The notes under the pieces: model-generated
Database searches by the model: none
What the model was told of the DNA's origin: nothing
What the model saw: only the letters and a program-made list of their open reading frames with translations
Source of the DNA: Epithemia pelagica
Lineage: Eukaryota; Protista; Bacillariophyta
Assembly (NCBI GenBank): GCA_946965045.2
Contig: OX337233.1
Span: 2,852,001-2,916,000, forward strand
Reading direction: 5' to 3'
Length of the DNA stretch: 64,000 nt
Part shown: positions 1 through 8,429 of the stretch, piece after piece
Layout: each line of letters opens with the position of its first letter
How positions within the stretch are numbered: the first letter of the stretch is position 1
Made by a program: the position numbers and the translations under genes

Positions 1-837
1 ATTCGCATCATGCCACCAGACGAACTTGCTGGCTTGGAACAATTGGAAGAGTTGTGGTTAGGGAAGAATAAGATTGAACGCATCCAGGGATTAACCACCT
101 TGTCCAAACTTCGACGATTGGATTTGCAGAGCAATCGCATAGGAAATATCGTGAATGAACCGCGTGAAGGTGTCGCTCAAGGAGAAGAACAGTTTGCAAC
201 TATTTCAGCTACATTGGAAGAGTTGTTTTTGGCACACAATGGTATTTCGCAGTTGGGATCGTGGTTGTTGGGAAATTCTGCGAGCAACAGGACGTTTCCG
301 GAATTGATTGTACTCGACATGTCACGAAATCAACTAGCTGACGTGAATGCATTGGGATCGTCTACCATGTTTCCCGTATTGGAAGAATTATGGTTGGCAG
401 GAAATCAAGTTGCAGAATGGTCGGCTGCGGACCAATTGTCCAATCTTTCCACCGTGGAAACGTTGTATTTGGAATACAATCCTATTCAAACCAATGATCC
501 CTTGTATCGAAAATCCTTGGCGGAACGGATACCACAATTGAAACAAATTGATGCTACAATGATATCTGCCACGGCCTCCAATGCACTCGTTGGAACCAGT
601 GGATTAGTGACAGGGGCAAGAACCAGTGGATTAGTGACAGGGGCAAGTTCGGCCCAGCAGCCTCCATCGGCTTTGGCCATGACTGCGAACCTAGTGGAAT
701 CGGATCAGGACCGGATGCGAAGGTTTCAAGAAATGGCCCTGCAGCGTGCGGCACAGGAAACACGACAACTACAACAATCGTCTGCGGCTCAGCAAAATCA
801 AAACGGCAATGACGACGACAGCGATGACAGTGGTTAG
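1..837 (+). CDS. SDS22: Protein phosphatase 1 regulatory subunit SDS22/PPP1R7-like LRR protein, 5' partial
   Basis: Frame open from base 1; SDS22-type LRRs (LEELWLGKNKI, LRRLDLQSNRI, LEELWLAGNQV) and LRR cap (LYLEYNP...YRKSLAERIPQLKQIDAT). Confidence 0.88.
   Translation: MRIMPPDELAGLEQLEELWLGKNKIERIQGLTTLSKLRRLDLQSNRIGNIVNEPREGVAQGEEQFATISATLEELFLAHNGISQLGSWLLGNSASNRTFPELIVLDMSRNQLADVNALGSSTMFPVLEELWLAGNQVAEWSAADQLSNLSTVETLYLEYNPIQTNDPLYRKSLAERIPQLKQIDATMISATASNALVGTSGLVTGARTSGLVTGASSAQQPPSALAMTANLVESDQDRMRRFQEMALQRAAQETRQLQQSSAAQQNQNGNDDDSDDSG
594..647 (+). repeat. Exact 27-bp in-frame tandem duplication in the SDS22 tail
   Basis: AACCAGTGGATTAGTGACAGGGGCAAG at 594-620 and 621-647, encoding TSGLVTGA twice. 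Confidence 0.95.
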
Positions 838-1704
838 GCCTCAAAAATGGCGACATGATTGCGATGAACGAACGTCCAAGCGTTTGTTCAAGTTGCATTC
901 CATTAAAAGAATGAGGAATGACTAAGAGCAAGAAGCATCCAGTCGCAACCATGAGGAGCGCAACCACAAATACATGGAACGATGACAGTAACAGAACCAG
1001 CAGGTCCATTGTCGCTGTTTTGGATAATCCATAATACCCAGAGTATAGAGACAATAGCAATTTGCTCCCATCGCACTTAGTTGCAGTACCCGATCCAATG
1101 GCTCGTACGGTGAAACAGAGGTCCACGATCCAAATTCACCATCTCGCTCTCGTCGTCTCCATCCGATTGTCCCAATGATTGGGAAGGTGTTGATCAGGGC
1201 AGCTCTAAGTCCGTCACTCCGGCCCCGGCGGACGATACCCTTTACCGTATGGCGGTTTATCAGCAAGGTAGTGGAAAGAAGCGAATTTACTAAATATAGG
1301 AGTATATGTTAATCAGGGCAACCATAAGGGTCGATCTCAAGAATCGTTAGCAGTGATATCCTGTGTCGAGCTCACTAACTAAGAGATTGCTGATACAGTG
1401 GCAATCTGTACATTTCATGTTGCATGTCAAAGAGACTCGCCGAAAAAAAGAATCACGGTCCGTCGATACCTTTCACAGGTCCATTGACAACCAGCGTTGT
1501 CCCATGTTCTTACTGGGTGTTCCTTGGCAAAGGCATTGTTCCTTTTGCAACACTATCCGTAGCCAAACTTGCCACGCCGTGTATCCAAAAAGTCCCAATC
1601 TGTTGGATATAAGGAATCAGAGGATGGTCACAAAATACCGATATCGAAAGAGTGAATTTAGAGTTCTACCAGCGCTGGTCTACAGTTCGTTTCCTGTGGT
1701 ATCA

Positions 1705-3081
1705 TCACAAGTTGGTGGACGCAAGAAAGCCAATGTGTGGAACAATGAATTCGGGCAACGGTTGTGTGATGTCCCCGCTACGACTCGAGTTGTGTTGTTG
1801 CTCTTGTAAGAGGCTTTGGATTTGACCTGCCGAAGTGACACCCGTCATGACCAAGGCAGTATGCATCCCCGTATCAATACCAAAGCGAATATCAGTCTCG
1901 AGACGATCCCCCACAAAGAGAGCTCGTGACCATGCAATGCTGGTCTTTTTCTTGTTGTCTTCGTTGGAATTTTGTGCCTCAACCGCCAAGACATGTGCCA
2001 ACCAGGCACTGGGTTTGCCACAATCCACAGCTGTCCGACGCGAGGTGAATTCCAAATACTTGACGGTTCCTCCATTGGCTGGAATCTCTCGGGCATCGGC
2101 CCCTACCAAATCGTAATTGTCCAAATTGGTAGCCACCAAGGGAGCTTCAGGATTCTTTTGCAACAAGACTTGTGCGATGCACAATTTACGAAAGTTGAGA
2201 TAGGGATCAGTTCCCACCACAACAGCGTCAATGGGATGTTCGGGAAAGTCGTAGGTTGCCAAGTCGTCTCGTGTCATGTAATAGGGATGAGGAGGAGGTG
2301 TCTCCGAATTCGAATGAATACTGGAACCCTGGTCGCCCATGATTTGGTTTTCGACTGTTAACACATCAAATCCCGTTTTTTCGAGCTCTTGACAGAGACC
2401 TTTACTCCCAATGACAAACAAACGAGCTTTTCTTTCTGGATGGGTCTTTTTCTTTTCCAACAGTATCGTTTGGTACAGATATTGTGCGGTCGCATACGCG
2501 CTTCCTACCATCATTTGTTCCGTCAATATACGGTCCGCCAGTGTCTGGAAGTCCAAAATGGTTTCCAGTTTGTGCTTTAATTCTTGTCGACTGAGGGAGG
2601 CATTGTTGGTGACAAAAAAGATTTGTTTGCCTTGGTCAATCAAGGCTCGAATACAGTCTCTAGCACCAGGTGCCGGATGAGGAGATCGATACACAACACC
2701 ATCGCAATCAAACAAGACAATATCAATACAGTCTCGCACAAAGGCTGACACCTCGCTTTTGCTCGTCCAAAATGTCGGCGGCCGCAGCCTGGGGGTGACA
2801 GCCGCCATCGAGGGTAGTACGTCGTCCAATGGTGGTGCACCCACGCGATTGTTGTTTTCGGCTTCATCTTCTTGTTGTTGTTGTGCTGATGGATTTCCGG
2901 ATCGATCGAAGTAGCCATTTTGTTGGTAATATTGGATGAGCAATTCCACCTGAGCATGAGATTCGTGGGCCATTCGTTGTGTGACGGTGGTCGCATCGAA
3001 TAGCACGTTTGCGACCATGGAGTTCATACTGACAACGAGAAAAGGATCAACTGATCTGATCTGAGGTATGCAATGAAACAA
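1705..3081 (-). CDS. HAD subfamily IIA phosphatase (phosphoglycolate/pyridoxal phosphatase-like); true start uncertain
   Basis: Motifs LFDCDGVVY, FFVTNN, CGKPS, VGDRLETDI, ALVMTGVT. The ORF-track start is TTG; first in-frame ATG is at 3027, with an out-of-frame ATG at 3110/3134 (see findings). Confidence 0.9.
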   Translation of the reverse strand: MFHCIPQIRSVDPFLVVSMNSMVANVLFDATTVTQRMAHESHAQVELLIQYYQQNGYFDRSGNPSAQQQQEDEAENNNRVGAPPLDDVLPSMAAVTPRLRPPTFWTSKSEVSAFVRDCIDIVLFDCDGVVYRSPHPAPGARDCIRALIDQGKQIFFVTNNASLSRQELKHKLETILDFQTLADRILTEQMMVGSAYATAQYLYQTILLEKKKTHPERKARLFVIGSKGLCQELEKTGFDVLTVENQIMGDQGSSIHSNSETPPPHPYYMTRDDLATYDFPEHPIDAVVVGTDPYLNFRKLCIAQVLLQKNPEAPLVATNLDNYDLVGADAREIPANGGTVKYLEFTSRRTAVDCGKPSAWLAHVLAVEAQNSNEDNKKKTSIAWSRALFVGDRLETDIRFGIDTGMHTALVMTGVTSAGQIQSLLQEQQHNSSRSGDITQPLPEFIVPHIGFLASTNL

Positions 3082-3295
3082 AGAAGATGAATACGAGGAA
3101 TATCAATCATGCGACGAATCTTTGGAATGGCCATTCCCAACGTTGGTAATCTCATTGCTCATTGTCGATCTCTCTATTTTACAAACGTCAGATCTTACGC
3201 ACTGATTTTCTGCTACTGAAAGATATTTTTTAGTCGCTGATAAAGATTCTCTGTCATGTCACTCTTTTGAGTCACACTTTTACGACGTTGTTGCT

Positions 3296-4456
3296 ATGAT
3301 GGACCAGATGAGGGAGGAAGCACGATTGTCGGGCCTTGCTCTTGGAAACGATCCGCAATGGCATACAATAGAAGAAGAATGGCCTCGCCTTTTGGGTGGA
3401 TGTCGGTCCAAAAACTCCTCCGTTGTGGTCCATCCTCCCAACAACAACCGGCAAGAAACTGTGGTCCTCGTGTGAGGCACCCGATCGGGGGAGTATGCAA
3501 CAAAATCCGTCCTCCTGTTGAAAGCTTCAGACAAGAAATGGCGACAAGGACCACGGATGAATGAACGGAGAACAAATCATGGAGCGGTAGTCTGTAATGG
3601 AAGTCTCTATGCCATTGGAGGACAAAATGGTGGTTGCTTTGCCTTGGACACGATGGAACGGATTTCTGTCATGGATTTAGTGTCATCATTCACAAAGACT
3701 GACAAGGAGAACAAGCCATGGGAGACATTACAGTGCCGTTTATCTGCTCGGAGATACGGATGTTCCACAGCGACGGTTCACAATCGATACATTCTCGTTG
3801 CGGGTGGACGAGGATGGACAGATCGGATGGTTTCAACCGTGGATGTGATTGACAGTGGCCAAGCCAGCGGTGATCAACCTTGTAGTGTCTTTACCGGACC
3901 ATCCCTGAACATAGATCGTACTTGGTTTGGAATCGCTGTTGTTGGTTCGTGCGTTTATGTGGTTGGTGGATTGGGCGATGGTGAACGTTATTTGAATTCA
4001 GTCGAGTATTTGGAATTCAAGGATCATGAAACAAACAGCAATAACGCCACGTCTGTATTTCCATCCTCATTGTCATGGACCATCCATAAAGAATTGATTC
4101 TGAAGAAGCCTGTTTATGGTCATGCTGTGGTTCACCTTCGATCTTGTCTGGTCGTATCGGGAGGTGAATCCATGGTTTCCAGCGGTCCGTCATGTCGCTC
4201 TGTAGAGGTCTTGGACACGAAACGCAACAAAGTGTGGGTCCTTCCAGAACTGACCGTGAAACGATATCATCACAGTATGGTTCCTCTATGCATTGGTATT
4301 GTGTGTATTGGAGGATACCCTAGTTGTGAATCCTCGGAACGAATCTCCTTGATGGACAAGAACTCAGCCCTGTTCAGTCGTTTGTTGGAACTGTCAGATG
4401 TGCAATTGCTGTCCATGTGCATGAAGGGAAAAAGAAAAGCCACTTTTATGGATTAA
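3296..4456 (+). pseudogene. Kelch-repeat protein with a single in-frame TGA at 3473-3475
   Basis: ATG 3296 is in frame with ORF 3518..4456. Reads EEEWPRLLGG...ETVVLV*GTR...KWRQGPRMNERR, so the stop replaces the first G of a kelch GG. Several downstream kelch blades (LYAIGG, ILVAGG, VYVVGG). Confidence 0.8.
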
Positions 4457-4780
4457 TGGGCAAGTACAATGTATGGAATATCAGCACTATACTTAATAAT
4501 TCTGTTGCACGCATACCAGATGACTATAGTGTAGATCTCCGCAGTCTCAGTGTTGGCCGCTTCTTCATCCTGTTTTCTCCGGAACCGGGTTTTGAAGCGA
4601 CCCCTGAGACACAAGACCTCTCCGCGTGAACCCCAGACTGTTTGCAACATGAAAGCGAGTCAAAAGTACTGGGACATTGTCTTTCCTACTTTCAATTCTA
4701 CGTCATCCGGTTCCGTCGTTCGTACGGTTTCACCAATCATTGCTTTATTGGTGCGTCGCAAGGGGTATCGCAACCTTGCT

Positions 4781-5955
4781 CTATGCTTTCAGTGATTCGG
4801 GGACCTTGCCGAAAGCTAGCAAAGGCGCAAAGAGTCGAGTGTTGTTGTCCATGACTGAGAGCGTTTCACACGAATGATGCTCCTTTCCACCAATCATAAC
4901 AATGCCTCTGGATAGGTACACCATGCTACCATAATTCCGTGTTGATGTCACGTCCGGAAGCTTCCATACAACGTTCCTTTCCGTATCCATGACTTGGACA
5001 GAAGCCAATTGGTCATAGGATGAAGTTACACCTCCTGCAACAACAAGACAGGGTCCCACTTTGACCACAGTATGTTGAATGCACGGAGTGTCAAGAACAA
5101 AATCTCGGCGTATTGTCCAGGATTTGGTTGATGGGAAAATAGATGTTGCAGTTTCAGAGATATCTTCTAACAACAAGTCGTCCAATTCCAGGTATTCAAC
5201 AGAGTCCAGGAAATTATTGAACATTTTCCCTTTTCCACCAACAACAAACACACTTCTGCCAATCACAGCCATTCCAAAGGATCGTCGGGCTATGTTCAAG
5301 GAGGGTCCAGCTATGACACTATATTGACTCTCTGAGGATACGTCAATAATGTCTACCGAGAATAGGAAATCGCTTCCATTCGCTCCTCCTACCACCACAA
5401 TGAATCTCTCCTGGACAACAGCAGCGGCATGCCCCCATCGTTTCGTGGACAAGCGGCAGTCCAACGTCTTCCATTGTGAAGAAACATTGCTAGCTGATGC
5501 GTAAAGCAAATCTCTAGCATCCATTCGTTCCATGCTATCAGAAACAGTTGTGCCGTTGTATCCACCAATAGCATACAGAGCACCATTACATACGACTGCC
5601 GCGAAGCAACCTCGTCTTTGGTTCATACTTGGGCCCTCTCGCCACTCTTTCTTTCCTTCTTCAAGTTCCAAGACCTGAACTGAATTCGTGTCATTGTCTT
5701 GGTGCATCACTCGTCCTCCGAGATCTTTCTTTCAACAAAAATCATAGTGGTGTGCACCAAGACAACAAGGACCAATACCACCACAACCTCCTTTCGCTTG
5801 TCATCATTCACAACAACAGACTCGTGGCACCAACGCCACCCTCCCAAAAGTGGAGGCCATTCGGTTTTCTCCCATTTTGGTTCCTCGTTTTGAGTTTCAT
5901 GGTAGCAGTCTGCAAAGGTTAGACCGGATGCGAGAGCTTGCTGTTGGATCATCAT
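4781..5955 (-). pseudogene. Kelch-repeat paralogue, convergent with 3296..4456, frameshifted by an ~53-nt insertion at the first GG motif (or a 50-nt intron 5729-5778)
   Basis: ORF 5707..5955 carries the homologous N-terminus (EWPPLLGG...EVVVVL). The kelch frame resumes at LGGRVMHQD into ORF 4781..5710. Confidence 0.75.
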
Positions 5956-6230
5956 GCAGACGACAAAATTTTTGTGGACTGTCTTCGTCGTCTAGATTCT
6001 TCGGAGCAAGGTCTGGCAAGCTTTGAAGGGTTACTATCAATGAACGTATGGTGAGGGTTAAAACAGAGAAGAGTATCGCAGTCCTACCTACCACTCATGC
6101 CATTTGCTCATCGTCAAAGGTGACATTGTCATTTGTCATCTCCAAAGATCCTCCGCGCGACTGAATCTGCTAATGATACATGTAGTCGCTCTAAACTCAT
6201 AGTAGTCGCTGATAAAGGGTTTCCGGGTCA

Positions 6231-6249
6231 TTCATGACGTCATGCCTTC
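6231..6249 (+). repeat. Left target-site duplication of the non-LTR element
   Basis: TTCATGACGTCATGCCTTC, identical to 14652-14670. Confidence 0.93.
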
Positions 6250-6398
6250 ATAATTTCGTGGAGAGACGAAATTGAAAGGCGTAGTGTCTCGCGTTATCTG
6301 TCCGATAGTTTCTGGTTTCTCGTATATTACCGCGTTAGTTTTTCACCAGAAAGTAACCTGAAAGTACTCTCGTCATTGGTGAGCGAACCACGTCGACC

Positions 6399-8429
6399 AT
6401 GGCGGAACCCTCCCGTTCGGTCTATGACTCTCCTATGGCCGAAGAACAACGAAACCCCAACAATAATGCCACTACAAATAACAACGATAATAATAACAAC
6501 AACAATCACGATGCAAGCGACGATGCTACAGCCGTTACAGCTGTTTATCACCCAATCCCCTACGAAGGCGAAGAAAAGGAATACACAATCAAGTTCGTGT
6601 TTAGTCCGGATGACGATAAAAACAAGAGTATCGCCTTGCTCCATTACGACATTTTGTATTCTATTTCTCAAGTGTTCCCAGAAGTTAAGATTTACGACAA
6701 CAGAGGTACAAAACTTAACAAGAAAAAGCTTGAATCCTTCAAGGCAGTCTCTGCATACCTACGTCATTTCGATCTACATTATTCCAAGGGCAATGAAAAG
6801 AAGGGTCGGAAACCAATGTACATCGTGATTCACCGCTTTCTTTCTAAAATCTCCATAAGTGAAATTCGCCGTCACGATTCTGTCCACGAAAAGTTGCGCC
6901 TTGGCAAAGCGAAGATGACCCAACATTTATGGAACGAAAACGAAACCAGAATTTCAAACTTAGGTTTCTTCGTCGGATACGATCCGAGTAATATTCCTGC
7001 CGACGAAATGGTTGAATCGGTTATTCTCGAGATTATCGCGAAAACGAATAAAGCGCGCAAGAAAATTCCGAAATTCAAGTGCAACTACTCGTCACCATTC
7101 TTCAAGCACGGAGATGATGAATACAAGACAAAGGCTTTCGATCTACAGTGTCGTCAACACGACGCCAAAGACCTGCTCGAATTGCTCCAACAGACTTATG
7201 TAGAAGACCCCAAGTTCATATTCCACAAGTTCCGCCATACTAACAAGCACGTATACAGCTCTTCCATGATCGACCAAAACACATATCTTGGCGAGAGCAG
7301 GATTGTACCAGTGTCAGGGGTGCATCCCAGTATTATGTGGACTCTCAAAGATCGGATTGCTCGAGATTTCGAAGGTGTCATCAGAATCACTGGCCACAAA
7401 GATACAGACAGTCTCGGCCGCCACAACATTCACACCACGGAAGAACATTTCGATGCGCTCAAAGGAGCTCTTCGTATGAGTTTGACCTCACTGGTTCAAC
7501 AAGAACAACATATACACAACCTCACAAACCTCAAGGAGTACGATGATCCACCAAAGCTAGCGTTTCGACACGAGAGCTATGGTCAACAAGGAACTGGTGA
7601 GAACGACGACGCATCAACAGATCACGGCGGATCTTATGCAACATACGTCTCGGCTCTTAATTCTCTGTATTCTGCTCGAGAAGATGATCCTCAAAACGAA
7701 GCAAACGCTACTTATTCTCGTCCTCCTAAAATGATTGGTCCGACAACACAAGTATGGAAAACAATGGCACCGGTTCAAACAGTTGTCGCATCCTCCATGA
7801 CAGAGACTAGTACCAGTCAAGTCACCAACGAAGAGTATGAACGTATGAAAACCGAAAACACTGAACTAAAATCCGAACTGAAAGAATTAAAAGAAGCATT
7901 CAAGTCGTTCGTGTCGAAACAAGAAGAGGAGATCGAGTCGCAACAAGAAAAGATGATGAATGCCATGATGAAAGCCATGCAACAACAAATGTCGGTGATG
8001 ATGTCTCAACATTACCCAATGCCTCCAACAAATTACGTCCATCCATATCAGCAACAACCTCCCTTCGGAATGAGCCCAATTAGTCCCCAACAGCTTGAAC
8101 AGCTACCGCACAACCTCTTCCCGGCTCACCAAACAACACCGATACCTCCCCAACAAATCCCACCGAACCAGATGCCACTCCCACAAACTCCTACACACCA
8201 TCAAGCACAACCACCGATTAACCATCAGAACCAATACTCAAACAATTACCAGTACCAATATCCAGAACAAGCAAACCCAACAGAACAGAGTCAACAAGGC
8301 GCCATCAGGAAGCGTAAAGAAAACGACTCAGGACAACCGGCCACACCGCTAAAAGATGTGAGCATGGCCCAAGCAAACTCCTCCTTGCACGCGGACGAGT
8401 CCTTGGCCGACTCAAGTACGCAATCATGA
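6399..8429 (+). CDS. Retrotransposon ORF1 protein (676 aa)
   Basis: Intact ORF 5' of pol. Globular N-half, coiled coil (EYERMKTENTELKSELKELKEAF...) and Q/P-rich tail. Its TGA overlaps the ORF2 ATG (ATGA 8426-8429). Confidence 0.85.
   Translation: MAEPSRSVYDSPMAEEQRNPNNNATTNNNDNNNNNNHDASDDATAVTAVYHPIPYEGEEKEYTIKFVFSPDDDKNKSIALLHYDILYSISQVFPEVKIYDNRGTKLNKKKLESFKAVSAYLRHFDLHYSKGNEKKGRKPMYIVIHRFLSKISISEIRRHDSVHEKLRLGKAKMTQHLWNENETRISNLGFFVGYDPSNIPADEMVESVILEIIAKTNKARKKIPKFKCNYSSPFFKHGDDEYKTKAFDLQCRQHDAKDLLELLQQTYVEDPKFIFHKFRHTNKHVYSSSMIDQNTYLGESRIVPVSGVHPSIMWTLKDRIARDFEGVIRITGHKDTDSLGRHNIHTTEEHFDALKGALRMSLTSLVQQEQHIHNLTNLKEYDDPPKLAFRHESYGQQGTGENDDASTDHGGSYATYVSALNSLYSAREDDPQNEANATYSRPPKMIGPTTQVWKTMAPVQTVVASSMTETSTSQVTNEEYERMKTENTELKSELKELKEAFKSFVSKQEEEIESQQEKMMNAMMKAMQQQMSVMMSQHYPMPPTNYVHPYQQQPPFGMSPISPQQLEQLPHNLFPAHQTTPIPPQQIPPNQMPLPQTPTHHQAQPPINHQNQYSNNYQYQYPEQANPTEQSQQGAIRKRKENDSGQPATPLKDVSMAQANSSLHADESLADSSTQS

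Noticed and set aside
554-1266. Minus-strand ORFs 554..1126 and 922..1266 with a hydrophobic stretch
   Set aside because: No recognisable motif, no convincing ATG or splice model, and partial antisense overlap with SDS22.
3231-6217. 15-bp direct repeat TAGTCGCTGATAAAG at 3231-3245 and 6203-6217, upstream of both kelch genes
   Set aside because: About two such exact 15-mer pairs are expected by chance in 64 kb, and the orientation relative to the two genes differs; not supportable as a TSD or shared site.
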